Source: Candidatus Pacearchaeota archaeon (lineage in GTDB: Archaea > Nanobdellota > Nanobdellia > Pacearchaeales > GW2011-AR1). From it: 54,516 nt of DNA. Position 1 is the stretch's first letter, and every line of letters starts with the position of its first letter. Position numbers and translations under genes: made by a program. The stretch lies in contig JAGVXD010000005.1 of assembly GCA_018303945.1 (NCBI GenBank), positions 1 to 54,516 of the forward strand, given 5' to 3'. The notes beneath the pieces were generated by a model, which was given only the letters and a program-made list of their open reading frames with translations, was not told the DNA's origin and ran no database searches. This document shows, piece by piece, positions 1 through 11,269 of this stretch.

Positions 1-60
1 GATATCGGAAGTTGTTCTCCCACCCAATAGTGGCGCGCGCGAAAAGACTAAAATTATGTA

Positions 61-498
61 TTAAATTGTTATGACTTCTCTTTTATCTTGCCTAAAGGGA
101 TGCAATAGTTTAAGTTCTAATTCAGTAATCCCTTCTAATGTCTGATGGATTAGCTCTAAGCTTAGCTCTGAAAATGAAGAGTTATACATCATAGGTTTTT
201 CTTTCCAGCTATTTTTCCAATTGTCTGTTACATTGACTATCCCCCCACAGATTAGAAAAGACATTACTTTATCATGTCCTCCCCAACCGCTTTCATTTTG
301 TCGTATAAGGCAATTTGGTTTATAATTTTCTTCTAAATTATCTAAAGCGCCCTTCAAAGCAAAATATTCTGGAGAGACCGAATATACTTCGGGAGGGGTT
401 GTATCATCAGAAAATTTGGGATCTATGACCCTTCTTGCTTCAAATTTTCTTTTATGTAAATTACTTTCAAAATAGCTTCCAGGTAGTCTTGTGTTCAT
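61..498 (-). CDS. hypothetical protein
   Basis: 145-aa ORF with ATG and upstream TTTAAATA box; no recognisable motif. Confidence 0.55.
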   Translation of the reverse strand: MNTRLPGSYFESNLHKRKFEARRVIDPKFSDDTTPPEVYSVSPEYFALKGALDNLEENYKPNCLIRQNESGWGGHDKVMSFLICGGIVNVTDNWKNSWKEKPMMYNSSFSELSLELIHQTLEGITELELKLLHPFRQDKREVITI

Positions 499-561
499 AT
501 TTTTTTAATAATACTTGCCTATTTAAATCTTTCTTTTTGTCACTACTACTAAATTAATATA

Positions 562-2892
562 TCAGAAGAGCTTAGCCTGCTTGGAGTTCTTAAGTATGTC
601 ATCCATGGATTTGCCCAGAAGGGACAGGACTTGATTAGCAATGGGCTCAATTTGCTTATTTATATAATGATCGTAATCAATGGGGTGCTTGTGCTTTTGG
701 ATTGGCTCTGGGCCTTCAGTTGTTATGTAATACTCAATTATTGTTGAGTCAAGAGAATCGAGGAGACGGGCAGCTTTTACATGGGGGGGAGTTGTCTTTG
801 TATATTCTGCAAGCTCTTTTCTTATTGACTTGCGGTAAATTAGCTGGGTGTCAAGCTTTCTTTCCTTGATTTTTTTAATGTATTCCTTGATGAATTTTTC
901 TACCTGTTCCTTGTGGAAGACTTTCATAAGAAGCTCGCGCTGGAATTCTCCTGCCGCTTCTGTCCAATCACCCCTTATTGCCTCCAAGCCTATAATTTCT
1001 ATTTCTTCTTCCCCATTTTTTTCAATAAGGCCAGCATAGCGCTTCTTGGCAGCTTTTGCTTCTTCTGTGCCTTTTATGCGCACTGCTGGGAGCATCATTG
1101 AGAGATATTGCTTTTCAAATTGAAGTTCGAGAAAAGATTCTCTGTTAAAATGTTTATTTATGTACTCTTTGTAAAAATCGTTGATGTATTGCTGTATTTC
1201 TTTGCCCAGAGCGTTTGCCTTTTCTTTTCCAAGATCTGTGTCTATAAAAACCGAGTCTGTGTCAGAATATATCACTTTGTATCCTTTATTCTCTATTTCT
1301 TCTGCAGTAAGCTTGATAATCATCTGGCCAAAATGAGTTATTGCATTGGCCATGTCATAATTATAATATCTACAATTAGGGTTAGCCAAGACTCCGAAAA
1401 ATGAGTTCATTATTATCTTTATTGCGTAATTTGAGAGCTCGCGCTTCTCTTTCTTTGCTTTTTCTCTTGCAGTGTGCATCTTTTCTATCAATTTTGGAAG
1501 TATGCCTTCTGTGTTTATGAAATATACGTGATTTGGAGATTCTATGGCGCCAGATTCTTTTTTCTCAAGGCGGGACGCAGGATCTATGTTAAATGTTCGC
1601 ATGATTGAGGGATACAAGGATTTGAAGTCCAGCACAAGAACATTGTTATATATGCCTGGCTTTGATGATTTTACATAACCTCCCGTGATTCCTTTTTCTT
1701 TGCTGCTATAGCGGGTTGTTGGGGAAACCATGTTTTGCTTTCTTGCTTCTCTGATATAAAGTGAGTCAAAAGCCGCTACCGAAGCTCCAAGACGATCGAG
1801 AGCCATTCCCGTCAATTCAGCTCTTTCTATGGCCAAGTCAAGCATGCGTGTCTTTTTGAGAATGTCATAAGCAAGCTTGCAGTCTAGAATGTTGTAATCT
1901 ACCAGCTTTTTTTGATTTGTTTTGTACATTCTTTCTATCTCTTCATACCTATCTTTTCCTTTTATTAGTTTTCCTGTGCCAAGCACTGCCTGCGCAACTG
2001 CTTCCAAGGAATAGGTTTCAAATTCAGCGTGCTTAATTGAAGGAGCTTCTTTAATATACGGGTCTTTTATTGAATTGAATGCGTCAATAACCTGCCTTCC
2101 TGGAATGTTAGCGGTAGATGCTTTGAAAAATCCAGATTCTATTCTTAAATGAGGCTCATCATTTGTCCTGCCAATATCGAAAGAGATTTTATTTTTTTTA
2201 AAGAGATTTTTTAGATATAAAATATCAAAATCTATGATATTCCAACCCGTTATTATGTCTGGGTCCTGTTTTATTATTTCTTCTTTAAATTTAATCAGGC
2301 ATTCTTCTTCTGTTGAACAGCTTATCACATTGTTTAATTTTTCTTTTGTAATCATGAATGTTTTTTCATATGATTCTCCTGAAATGCCTATGCAGAATAA
2401 CTGCCCGTTATTTTTACTTGATTCTGTGTCCAGAGAGAGAACTTTTAGATTTGTCTTGGCTGGTGAGGGTTTTATAGATGGTTCGTGATAGATTCTGTCA
2501 ATTCTTTCTGATGAGGCATATTCTCCTTCTATTTTGACTGAGAAAAAAAGGTCATTATCTATAAGAAATCTTGTATGAGGCTTTACATCTGCTTCGTAAG
2601 TATCTATTTCCTTATGATGAAGAGCTTCAGAGAGCTTATTCAGCATGCTCTGGTTTTGCGCTTTTATTTTTATAACCGGCTCACCTTTGAAATTAGAACA
2701 TGCAGTTTTTTCTAAAACATATTTTCCAAGAATTTTTTTTACTTTAGATAAGTCAGATTCTCTTATGAAACAATATGGCTCTAAAGTGTTTATTGTGACG
2801 AATGATTGGCCATTTTCCATTCTGCCAAATATCTGAACTATTGTTTTTTCATCACGTGTGTCATATGTGGTGTAGACGATAGATCCATTCAT
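562..2892 (-). CDS. polB: family B DNA polymerase
   Basis: Exo motifs (LDTES, GWNIIDFD, YNILD), DFKSLYPSI, KIIMNSFFG, YSDTDS; C-terminal clamp-binding-like QAKLF; start moved to ATG at 2892. Confidence 0.95.
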   Translation of the reverse strand: MNGSIVYTTYDTRDEKTIVQIFGRMENGQSFVTINTLEPYCFIRESDLSKVKKILGKYVLEKTACSNFKGEPVIKIKAQNQSMLNKLSEALHHKEIDTYEADVKPHTRFLIDNDLFFSVKIEGEYASSERIDRIYHEPSIKPSPAKTNLKVLSLDTESSKNNGQLFCIGISGESYEKTFMITKEKLNNVISCSTEEECLIKFKEEIIKQDPDIITGWNIIDFDILYLKNLFKKNKISFDIGRTNDEPHLRIESGFFKASTANIPGRQVIDAFNSIKDPYIKEAPSIKHAEFETYSLEAVAQAVLGTGKLIKGKDRYEEIERMYKTNQKKLVDYNILDCKLAYDILKKTRMLDLAIERAELTGMALDRLGASVAAFDSLYIREARKQNMVSPTTRYSSKEKGITGGYVKSSKPGIYNNVLVLDFKSLYPSIMRTFNIDPASRLEKKESGAIESPNHVYFINTEGILPKLIEKMHTAREKAKKEKRELSNYAIKIIMNSFFGVLANPNCRYYNYDMANAITHFGQMIIKLTAEEIENKGYKVIYSDTDSVFIDTDLGKEKANALGKEIQQYINDFYKEYINKHFNRESFLELQFEKQYLSMMLPAVRIKGTEEAKAAKKRYAGLIEKNGEEEIEIIGLEAIRGDWTEAAGEFQRELLMKVFHKEQVEKFIKEYIKKIKERKLDTQLIYRKSIRKELAEYTKTTPPHVKAARLLDSLDSTIIEYYITTEGPEPIQKHKHPIDYDHYINKQIEPIANQVLSLLGKSMDDILKNSKQAKLF

Positions 2893-3007
2893 TATTTTTC
2901 TAAGCAAAAAGAGTTTTATAAGTTATCTGTCTGTTTTATATTAGATTGTAACTATTTAGTAATTACATATTAGAAACATTTATATATTGATGATGTTTTG
3001 TTAAAAC

Positions 3008-3466
3008 ATGGCAAAATTTTATATGACCTATAAAGAAAGCGAGAAAATAGAATGTAAACTGATGCAAAATGAAATTAATAATGGCAATAGGCATGGAGTT
3101 ATACCTATTGTCCGAAATGGCAAGAAGAGAGCAATAAGTTACGAGCAGATTATTGGAATGATTAACTGTTATTTAAATATTAGTCCAAGTGTTGATTTTT
3201 CTTTTAAACTGGGAACAACTAATAGGGAGGCATCAACAGAGTATGTTACTCCGTATACTTTGGAGCATTCTCGTCCTTTGATGAGAACAGTTTATTCTTT
3301 TAAGGGGCAATTTCGCGATGATGAAGTGCCAAGAGCGCCTGCCCGCGATGTACTTAGCAATATATTATATAGTTTAACAAGGGAAAATGAACATGATGCT
3401 GAATGGATTGCATTGCAACGTAAATTGAGTTCAAATAGTTTTGTTGTAAAACTTGCCAGGGTTTAG
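3008..3466 (+). CDS. hypothetical protein
   Basis: 152-aa ORF with upstream TATA-like box. Confidence 0.55.
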   Translation: MAKFYMTYKESEKIECKLMQNEINNGNRHGVIPIVRNGKKRAISYEQIIGMINCYLNISPSVDFSFKLGTTNREASTEYVTPYTLEHSRPLMRTVYSFKGQFRDDEVPRAPARDVLSNILYSLTRENEHDAEWIALQRKLSSNSFVVKLARV

Positions 3467-3500
3467 ATAGTTTTATTAGGAATAAATTGTTTTGAATTTT

Positions 3501-4508
3501 ATGGGTTTACAAATAGGAGATATTGTTCCAAGAAAGCAGGTTAGTTTTGCAGATTTGAAAGGGAAGACACTTGCAGTTGATGCTTTTAATGCTCTTTATC
3601 AATTTTTGACTTCTATAAGGCAGCCAGATGGTACTCCTCTGATGGATTCTCAAAGAAGAGTTACTTCTCATCTATCCGGACTCTTTTATCGTACAATAGC
3701 TTTGCTAAGTGAAGGGATAAAATCGATATATGTTTTTGATGGAGAATATCATGTTTTGAAAGGTAAAACGCATGAGATTCGCGATGAAGCAAAGGATATC
3801 GCGCAAGAGAGATTTAGGACCGCTCTTGAAGAGGAAGATATTGAAGCTATGCGAAAGTACTCAAGAGGATTTACCAAACTTACTTCTGAAATGATTGCCG
3901 AAAGCAAGGAGTTGTTGCAGGCAATGGGTGTTGCCGTTGTGCAAGCTCCGGGGGAGGGAGAGATGCAGTGTGCCGAGCTTGTTAAATCTGGGCAGGCTTA
4001 TGCTGTTGCTAGTCAGGATTACGACGCTCTTGCTGTTGGTGCACCAAGACTTATCCAGAATGTAACTCTTTCAAGAACAAGAAAGACACCTTCAGGTTTT
4101 GTATATATTGCTCCAGAAATAATAGAATATGAGGGAGTGTTGCAGACACTAGCCATTGATCCTGATCAGTTTATATGCCTTGCAATTTTAGTCGGAACAG
4201 ATTTTAATCCGGGTGGTGTGAAAGGAATTGGGCCCAAGAAAGCGCTCGCTCTTGTGCGGGAGAGGAAATATCCCGTGCAGATTTTTGCCGCTTTGGAAGG
4301 TAGAGTTGATTTTGAGTGGCAGGCAATTTTTGAAATTTTCAAGAAACCTAATGTATCTAAAGAAGGTGTCAATTTTCAGAAGATTGACGAGTCAAGAATA
4401 TTTGAGATTCTTGTAGACAGACATGAATTTTCTCGTGAGCGTGTTCAGAAGCAACTTGAGAAATTGCACAGCATTAAGAAACAGAATTCTCAGAAAACTC
4501 TCTTCTGA
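3501..4508 (+). CDS. fen: flap endonuclease 1
   Basis: MGLQIG start, AVDAFNALYQFL, APGEGE, SQDYD, GTDFNPGGVKGIGPKKA, C-terminal PIP box QKTLF. Confidence 0.97.
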   Translation: MGLQIGDIVPRKQVSFADLKGKTLAVDAFNALYQFLTSIRQPDGTPLMDSQRRVTSHLSGLFYRTIALLSEGIKSIYVFDGEYHVLKGKTHEIRDEAKDIAQERFRTALEEEDIEAMRKYSRGFTKLTSEMIAESKELLQAMGVAVVQAPGEGEMQCAELVKSGQAYAVASQDYDALAVGAPRLIQNVTLSRTRKTPSGFVYIAPEIIEYEGVLQTLAIDPDQFICLAILVGTDFNPGGVKGIGPKKALALVRERKYPVQIFAALEGRVDFEWQAIFEIFKKPNVSKEGVNFQKIDESRIFEILVDRHEFSRERVQKQLEKLHSIKKQNSQKTLF

Positions 4509-4547
4509 CATACAGAAGGTTTAAGTAGTTTTAATATATCTATTTTA

Positions 4548-5132
4548 ATGGGTAAGCATTTAGTTATACCTAAATCGGTTTACTTCTCTCTTATGTCTCT
4601 CACCACTTTATCTGAAAGCTCAAATGGATTAATCTTCTGGAGATATTGTGATGAGCCTGGATTGTTTTCTGCTGATAATTTTCTTGTAACTGCACAGACT
4701 AGAGGATTAAACCCATTTTTTATTTCATTGCCAAATAGGACTGAAATAGCCAGATTATTTAATCCACCAGTCCACAATTTTCAATGTGAAATAAATAAGG
4801 AATATTTTAGAGACAATGAGATTTATAACTGCTATCCTTTCACTTCGTGTCCTTACAAAATAGAGAATGGGGCTGGCAGTTTCATGGGAAGTATTGCCAG
4901 AGATATGTCATCTTATCTTAACGAACACCCATGTTCATGGTATACTTATGTAAGTCCTGAAGGAATATATCCTTTTACATTATACTCTTCTATTGATATT
5001 CAGTTAATTGAGAATAAATCTGCCCCCTCATCTAGCCCTATAGAATCAATGCTTAAAAGAATTATTAATAACAGAGAACTCAAGCTGGAATCTTTAACCT
5101 TGCAGGATATATGCCGCAGTATAGCTGCTTAG
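4548..5132 (+). CDS. hypothetical protein
   Basis: 194-aa ORF, no confident motif. Confidence 0.5.
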   Translation: MGKHLVIPKSVYFSLMSLTTLSESSNGLIFWRYCDEPGLFSADNFLVTAQTRGLNPFFISLPNRTEIARLFNPPVHNFQCEINKEYFRDNEIYNCYPFTSCPYKIENGAGSFMGSIARDMSSYLNEHPCSWYTYVSPEGIYPFTLYSSIDIQLIENKSAPSSSPIESMLKRIINNRELKLESLTLQDICRSIAA

Positions 5133-5386
5133 GAAGATACTCTACGATAGGCAACTATTCTATTTCCTTCATAAACCGGAACTTCTTTATGCTGTTTTCC
5201 TGAAGATTTTTCTTCCTTTCTTAGAAATATTATCCCTAAACCAATAAGAACTATTCCAGCAATAGTTAGAACTCCAGTTGTTAATTGTGATGGCAATGCA
5301 AACGGGATGAGCTTTTTTACAGGCGCAAGCGGAGCTATCAAAGCCAAGATGCCTATTGCGCCAAGAACATATCCCGCTATTTTCAT
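5129..5386 (-). CDS. small membrane protein
   Basis: two hydrophobic segments, C-terminal EVPVYEG..IVAYRR. Confidence 0.7.
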   Translation of the reverse strand: MKIAGYVLGAIGILALIAPLAPVKKLIPFALPSQLTTGVLTIAGIVLIGLGIIFLRKEEKSSGKQHKEVPVYEGNRIVAYRRVSS

Positions 5387-5485
5387 ACTCTTTTTATGAT
5401 GCTTTAGGGCAGGGTTAATATTTAAATGTTTGCCGATAATTCTGAAGGCAGGAACATTTTTTAAACGTCTAATTCATACTTATTT

Positions 5486-6259
5486 ATGGCTAATTATGAC
5501 ATTATTGGAAATATAGTTGTTGTCAAATTTAAACGTAGCGATTCAAAATATAAGAAGAATAAATGGGCGCGGGATTTTTTGAGAGAACATAAGAATGTCA
5601 CAAGCGTTTTAGAGAAAACTGAAAGGTTCAAGGGGAGATTGCGTGTCCAAAAAACTCGTTTCTTAGCTGGTGCAAATACTAAAGAGTCTCTTTATCGAGA
5701 GAATGGGTGTTACTTTAGGTTTAACGTGGATACTTGTTATTTTTCACCAAGGCTTGCTTCCGAAAGGCAGGATATTGCAAAGAAAGTAAAAAAAGGCGAA
5801 GACGTGCTGGTTTTGTTCGGCGGAGTTGCGCCATTTGCTATTGTAATAGCTAAAAATAGCAAGGCGGCAATGGTTACTTCAATTGAATTAAGCAAGGCCT
5901 GCAGCAGATATGCTGTGGAAAATGTAAAAAGGAATAAGTTGGACGGAAAAGTAGAGATAGTTCAGGGAGATGTTAGAAGAAAACTCCCTCCGATGAAGAA
6001 AAAGTTTGACAGGATTATTATGGCACGACCAAATCTTAAAGATTCTTTTTTAGACGTTACTTTTTCACGTATTAAAAATAAGGGCATTATCCACTATTAC
6101 GGCTTTTGTTATGAGAGTGAGTTAGAGAATATGAAATCTATGATTATTACTGAAGCAAAAGAAGTAAAAAGAAAAGTTAAATTAATAAATGTTAAGAAAG
6201 CCGGGGATATAGGGACAAGAAGATATCGTTATAGAATTGACATTCTGATTTTAAGATAG
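5486..6259 (+). CDS. Trm5/TYW2 (Met10+) family tRNA methyltransferase
   Basis: YDIIGNI, ENGCYF, YFSPRLASER, FGGVAPF SAM motif, FDRIIM, IIHYY. Confidence 0.88.
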   Translation: MANYDIIGNIVVVKFKRSDSKYKKNKWARDFLREHKNVTSVLEKTERFKGRLRVQKTRFLAGANTKESLYRENGCYFRFNVDTCYFSPRLASERQDIAKKVKKGEDVLVLFGGVAPFAIVIAKNSKAAMVTSIELSKACSRYAVENVKRNKLDGKVEIVQGDVRRKLPPMKKKFDRIIMARPNLKDSFLDVTFSRIKNKGIIHYYGFCYESELENMKSMIITEAKEVKRKVKLINVKKAGDIGTRRYRYRIDILILR

Positions 6260-6277
6260 AAATTAAAATGTCTGAAA

Positions 6278-6413
6278 ATAAAAAATCCCATCGTTCGCTT
6301 CTCTCATGTCAAAAACATAGTTCTTGAGCACACTCGAGAATCTAGAATGACCTAAAAGATTCTCTATGCTTCGCAGCAAGTTAAGAAGCATAAGACCCAT
6401 TTGGAGCAATTAA
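6278..6413. repeat. 136-bp structured dispersed repeat, copy 1
   Basis: identical to 12703-12838 except one base; several internal hairpins. Confidence 0.95.
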
Positions 6414-6428
6414 TTTCTATCACTATAA

Positions 6429-7736
6429 TTAAATTTTTATTTCTGCTTTTATAGAAATAGGAGCTTCACCGCCGTGCCAGGTGAATCTAGGGCGTATTCT
6501 CATAGGATAAATGCGTTCAGAGTTGTCGTCTAGAATTATTGCTGATCCTTTTAGGGTGGGCAAGTCATCCATTTGCTGTTTAATGCTTTCAAGAAGATAT
6601 GTCTGCATTATTTCGTTCAGAGCTTCCACATCAGGTTTTGAAGTTACCCTATGTGATATGATAATATCTGACTGGCTCATTACATCCCGATGTATTTGTC
6701 CTGGCTGCTGTGTCGCAAGCACGAGAGATATTCCCGGCTGCCTTCCTTCGCGCAAAAGCTGCATCAATGCGTCGCTTGCAGGCGTTTTTGTATTCTTTGG
6801 GAGAAACTCATGTGCTTCATCTATAAAAATCCAGGCCAGAGGTTCTTTTCTTCTTCCTGCATAAGATAAATATTCCTGTCCATGATGAATTGCTTCCATT
6901 TCCTCCTGCTTGCGGGCATCCATGCGGTTTGCAAATATCTTTCTAGATAGCAGGCTTATGACAAGAGCACGTATGTTGAATGCGCTACTTGAGCTATATA
7001 TGGATATGTCCAGAACTGTCGTTGTACCTCCCGTTAGAAGCTCACTTACTTCTGTTCCTTCTCTAGTGTTTGAGAATATACCCCAAGTAGATGCTGCACT
7101 GAAAAGACCATAAACTATTTCTTTTGCCAAATCTGATGCTTTAGAATCATTGATTATAGAGTTTTCAATGTCTTTAATTGTGTAGCTCCCTTTTTCCTGC
7201 AATGCAGTTATTGTTCTCTCTATCAATACTCCTGGTAGGCTGGTAAATTCCAAGTTGAAAAGAGTTATCCAGTCTTCTGCCTGCAGTTCTGATACTTTAA
7301 GAGCAAAAGTCTTATCAAAAGGAATCATCTTTTTTTGATATTCATCTATTTTACCAAACGGTACAAATACTTTTACCGGGAGAAGTTTTGTTTCCAGTTC
7401 CCATGATGAAAGGAGAGCTTTGTCTTTTTCATTGCGGTATTTCATTGTCCAGAATATCCCCATTGTATCAAAAATTAACGAGGCGATATTTTTTGCATTG
7501 TCAGACGGCAGATTGGCAAGCTCTTCTGCAATTACTCCGGCTGAATATGACTTGCCGCTTCCCCTTTTGCCAGCTATCAAGACTACATGGCTTCTTGCTA
7601 TATCCATCCAGAGCTTGTTTGACAATGAAGTATAAGTTCCCATTTTGACATATCCCTTTCCAAGATAGATAAGCCCACGATTACCAAATTTTTCTTTGTC
7701 AGTCGCGTCCCGACCGATTACGATGTCATATGACAT
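6429..7736 (-). CDS. HerA/DUF87-like P-loop ATPase
   Basis: GKRGSGKS Walker A, IFIDEAH Walker B, REGR, LATQQP. Confidence 0.88.
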   Translation of the reverse strand: MSYDIVIGRDATDKEKFGNRGLIYLGKGYVKMGTYTSLSNKLWMDIARSHVVLIAGKRGSGKSYSAGVIAEELANLPSDNAKNIASLIFDTMGIFWTMKYRNEKDKALLSSWELETKLLPVKVFVPFGKIDEYQKKMIPFDKTFALKVSELQAEDWITLFNLEFTSLPGVLIERTITALQEKGSYTIKDIENSIINDSKASDLAKEIVYGLFSAASTWGIFSNTREGTEVSELLTGGTTTVLDISIYSSSSAFNIRALVISLLSRKIFANRMDARKQEEMEAIHHGQEYLSYAGRRKEPLAWIFIDEAHEFLPKNTKTPASDALMQLLREGRQPGISLVLATQQPGQIHRDVMSQSDIIISHRVTSKPDVEALNEIMQTYLLESIKQQMDDLPTLKGSAIILDDNSERIYPMRIRPRFTWHGGEAPISIKAEIKI

Positions 7737-7819
7737 ACTTTATGAAAATAGTCCAAGTTTATTAATGTTAGTTTTTAAAGTTTCCAAAGATTTTTAAAGG
7801 GGTTTATTCTTTGGGTTTC

Positions 7820-8773
7820 ATGGCAGAATCTGCAAAAGAGAAAAAAGATGTTATTGAGATACCCGTTGGCAGATATATAAAAGCCATAAGGTCAAATCCA
7901 TGGATTATATCAAGTGTAGTTTTGGCAGTTATTGTAATAGTTCTTGTAATAGCACTTTTCAGTGAAGAGAAATCTGTAACTGGAAATGTCATAAGCGAGA
8001 ATACGGCTGGAGAAAGTTTAATTTCTTTTATTAATTCACAGGGGCAGGGCAGTGCGACACTGGTTTCTGCAGTGCAGGAAGGCAGTCTGTATAAAGTTGT
8101 TGTTGATTATCAGGGACAAGAGATTCCAGTTTTTGTTTCTTTAGATGGAAAATATCTTATTACCGATCCAATTCCATTAAGCGCCGATGCAGGAGCTTTG
8201 ACAGGAAGCGATAGCGGGGCAACAGCACAGAGAGAACCTGTTGAGGTTGATATCGGAAATAGTCCAATAAAAGGAAGCAAGGATGCTCCTGTAACTATTG
8301 TTGAATTTTCAGATTATGAATGTCCTTTCTGCGGAAGATTTTATACACAATCATTCAAGCAAATTGATGAGAAATACATCAAGACTGGCAAGGTAAAACT
8401 TGTCTTTAAGGATTTTCCTCTTAGCTTCCATCCAAATGCACAGAAAGCTGCAGAAGCAGCTCGTTGCGTACGTGACCAAAAGAGCGACGCAGGTTATTTC
8501 AAGATGCATGACAAATTATTTGAGAATCAAGAGCAGTTAAGTATTGAAAATTACAAGAAATGGGCCAGAGAAATTGGGGTTAATGGAGCGGCATTTGATA
8601 CATGTTTAGATTCAGGCAAGCATGAGAAAGCAGTGCAGGATGAACTTGCTTATGGCCAACAGCTTGGTGTTTCTGGAACTCCGGCATTTTTCATCAATGG
8701 ATTGCTTATAGAGGGTGCGCAGCCATATACTGTTTTTGAACAGGCCATTGAGAATATATTACAAAGTTCTTAG
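7820..8773 (+). CDS. membrane-anchored DsbA/thioredoxin-fold oxidoreductase
   Basis: N-terminal TM, EFSDYECPFC, GVSGTPAFFING. Confidence 0.92.
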   Translation: MAESAKEKKDVIEIPVGRYIKAIRSNPWIISSVVLAVIVIVLVIALFSEEKSVTGNVISENTAGESLISFINSQGQGSATLVSAVQEGSLYKVVVDYQGQEIPVFVSLDGKYLITDPIPLSADAGALTGSDSGATAQREPVEVDIGNSPIKGSKDAPVTIVEFSDYECPFCGRFYTQSFKQIDEKYIKTGKVKLVFKDFPLSFHPNAQKAAEAARCVRDQKSDAGYFKMHDKLFENQEQLSIENYKKWAREIGVNGAAFDTCLDSGKHEKAVQDELAYGQQLGVSGTPAFFINGLLIEGAQPYTVFEQAIENILQSS

Positions 8774-8787
8774 TCTAGTAAGGTTAA

Positions 8788-9255
8788 TTAATCTTCAATA
8801 TAATAATCGCCATCATCCATCTTGTAAACAACTTCACCAAAGTATTCTTCTCCTTCTTTCCAAAGAGATGAGTTATATGCATTAATGAGAATGGCTCCAA
8901 GTTCAAAAGAAGCATTATAATTTGTTTCATTAGGGTATCTTGCTTGCAATACATAATTTCTACCAGCGTCTTTAGCTTGCTCAACAATACTATTTAATTT
9001 TTCATCACCTTTTATACTATCTAGGTCATTAGTTAAAGAAAGCTCTAATTCTGAAGGCGTACGAGTCATTTCACGAATTGCTGGCAATTCTTGCTCTATT
9101 TCTTCTTTTGAAGCGTCACAATAAAAGAAAGCATAAGCTTCTCCAATAGGTACAGGATTAGGACTTACTCTAATTTGATGTCCTTCTTTATCAACAAATT
9201 GTTGATTTTTTCCAATAGCGTATTCTCCTTTTATGATAATTTCTTTCTTTTTCAT
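8788..9255 (-). CDS. hypothetical protein
   Basis: 155-aa ORF with upstream TTTAAATA box. Confidence 0.6.
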   Translation of the reverse strand: MKKKEIIIKGEYAIGKNQQFVDKEGHQIRVSPNPVPIGEAYAFFYCDASKEEIEQELPAIREMTRTPSELELSLTNDLDSIKGDEKLNSIVEQAKDAGRNYVLQARYPNETNYNASFELGAILINAYNSSLWKEGEEYFGEVVYKMDDGDYYIED

Positions 9256-9385
9256 ACTTAAATCATGTTTAAAGACTATTTAAACCTTTCTATCTGTAAC
9301 TACTACTAAAGGACTATATATCTAAGAGATTAAAAAAATACGAAAGTTTATAATCTTATAAGTGTATATATAATTATCTTTTACA

Positions 9386-10006
9386 ATGAAACATATTCTG
9401 CTTTCCTTGCCTTATGGGTATGGTGCCCTTGAGCCGTATATAGATGCAAAAACAATGGAAATTCATCATACAAAGCATCATCAGGCATATATTGAAAATT
9501 TAAACAAGGCATTGGAGAAGTATCCCGAGCTATATGAAAAGAAAGTTGAGGAGTTGTTGGCTAATAATCTGCAAGTTGTTCCAGAAGAGATAAAACATGC
9601 TGTGAGAAACCACGGCGGAGGGCATGCCAATCATTCGTTTTTCTGGGAGATTCTTAAGAAAGATGTTAATATACCAGCTAATTTTAAGAAGGTTATAGAA
9701 AGTGAATTTGAGAGTTTTGATAAGTTTAAAGAAGAGTTTTCTGCTGCAGCACTTGGGCGCTTAGGCTCTGGATGGGCTTGGCTCGTCAAGCATAAAGACC
9801 ACTTAGACATAATCAGCACGGCAAACCAAGACTCTCCCTTAATGGAAGGCAAGATTCCTATTTTAGGATTGGATGTCTGGGAACATGCCTATTATCTGAA
9901 ATTTCAAAACAAGAGAGCAGATTATATTAAAGAATGGTGGAATGTAGTAAATTGGGATAAGGTGAGTGATTTATATGAAAAATCTATCTATAGTGATAGA
10001 AATTAA
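9386..10006 (+). CDS. sod: Fe/Mn superoxide dismutase
   Basis: [33 protein letters not shown]. Confidence 0.97.
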   Translation: MKHILLSLPYGYGALEPYIDAKTMEIHHTKHHQAYIENLNKALEKYPELYEKKVEELLANNLQVVPEEIKHAVRNHGGGHANHSFFWEILKKDVNIPANFKKVIESEFESFDKFKEEFSAAALGRLGSGWAWLVKHKDHLDIISTANQDSPLMEGKIPILGLDVWEHAYYLKFQNKRADYIKEWWNVVNWDKVSDLYEKSIYSDRN

Positions 10007-10099
10007 TTTCCTTTCATATAATATGATTGCTTAATATTGACAACGCCAGAATTCTGTTTCTTCTATTTAGGATTTCTTAGCAATCCATTATATCTTTCC

Positions 10100-11269
10100 T
10101 TATCTATCCAAAAATTCAATTTCTTCTTCAGAGAGCTTAAGCTGATTTCTGATAGAGTTCTTTTTTAATATTAGTTTAATTAATGTGAAGTCACGCAGGG
10201 CGCGTTTTACAGAACAATGGACGAATTTGGAATATTTCTTTGCAATTGTCTTTTTCTTCTCTATTTTTTGATTATTCATCCATATTTTTAATATGCGTTT
10301 AGGAGTTTCATATTTGGTGAATCCAGGGTTTGAACTAGTTTTTGCGTATGATATTCCGGCGCTTTGGAATGCATTTTGGTATATGAGAAAACGCCAGTGC
10401 TGATTTCTATAAATTCTTCCACGAAAAACGTCTGCATTTCCCAGTGCATAATATGCCTTTGCCAAGGCCTCGTTCTTATACTCTCTCGGAATATTCTCCT
10501 CAAGCCAGAGAAGTATCTCATCAAGCGACATTTTCGTAGTGTCAAAAAGTGTAAGAAAGTCCTGACGCTCTTTGAATAGTCTTTTCAATATATTGAAAAT
10601 GGAATCTTCAACATCTCTCTTCTCTGTTAGGTCAACATAGGGATTATCGGCGTGAATATAGGACTGCAAATCGTTAAGGGCGGCACGCAAATCTCCCTGT
10701 GATTTAACAGCAACTTGCATGAAGAACTTATCTTCTTTTTTAATATTTTCTTTAGAGGATACTTTCTTCAGAATATCAGCTATTATAGCATGAGATAGAG
10801 GCTTCATTTCTATCAGTTTACACTTCTGCCTTAAAGAGGATAATTTTGACTGCCAAACATCATTGCAAGTCATAATAATAGGGTGTTTTGTCTCTTCAAG
10901 GATGCGAATTAACTCCGGAATGCCTCCTATATCTGTACCTGTAACTCCATCTACTTCATCCATGAGTAATATTTTGCCTTTTTTGAAAAGACTTTGCTGT
11001 AGTGTGGCTGGTTTAAGTACTTCTTCCAGTTTTGCTCTATTGCGCAAATCAGAAGCATTAAGCTCAAGCACATCGTAATTATTCTCATATACTGCTGCAA
11101 GTGCAAGGGAAGTCTTGCCGGTTCCAGCCGGACCATGCAGAATAACACCTTTTTTTTTGGGAAATTCCTGCAAGAATTTTTTTATTTCAACAATTGCTAA
11201 ATCTTGGCTTATTATGTCAGAGTATTTCTTTGCACGATACTTTTCTGATATGTTAGTCAGGTCTGTCAT
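10100..11269 (-). CDS. rfcL: replication factor C large subunit
   Basis: EKYR, GPAGTGKT, ELNASD, DEVDG, GDLRAALNDLQ, WLEENIP. Confidence 0.93.
   Translation of the reverse strand: MTDLTNISEKYRAKKYSDIISQDLAIVEIKKFLQEFPKKKGVILHGPAGTGKTSLALAAVYENNYDVLELNASDLRNRAKLEEVLKPATLQQSLFKKGKILLMDEVDGVTGTDIGGIPELIRILEETKHPIIMTCNDVWQSKLSSLRQKCKLIEMKPLSHAIIADILKKVSSKENIKKEDKFFMQVAVKSQGDLRAALNDLQSYIHADNPYVDLTEKRDVEDSIFNILKRLFKERQDFLTLFDTTKMSLDEILLWLEENIPREYKNEALAKAYYALGNADVFRGRIYRNQHWRFLIYQNAFQSAGISYAKTSSNPGFTKYETPKRILKIWMNNQKIEKKKTIAKKYSKFVHCSVKRALRDFTLIKLILKKNSIRNQLKLSEEEIEFLDR

Noticed and set aside
1-50. GC-rich GGCGCGCGCG patch at the window start
   Set aside because: Truncated context; cannot be assigned.
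848-2836. Short antisense ORFs over polB (and similar shadow ORFs over other genes, e.g. 34390-34869, 49035-49499)
   Set aside because: They overlap well-supported genes on the opposite strand and have no motifs.
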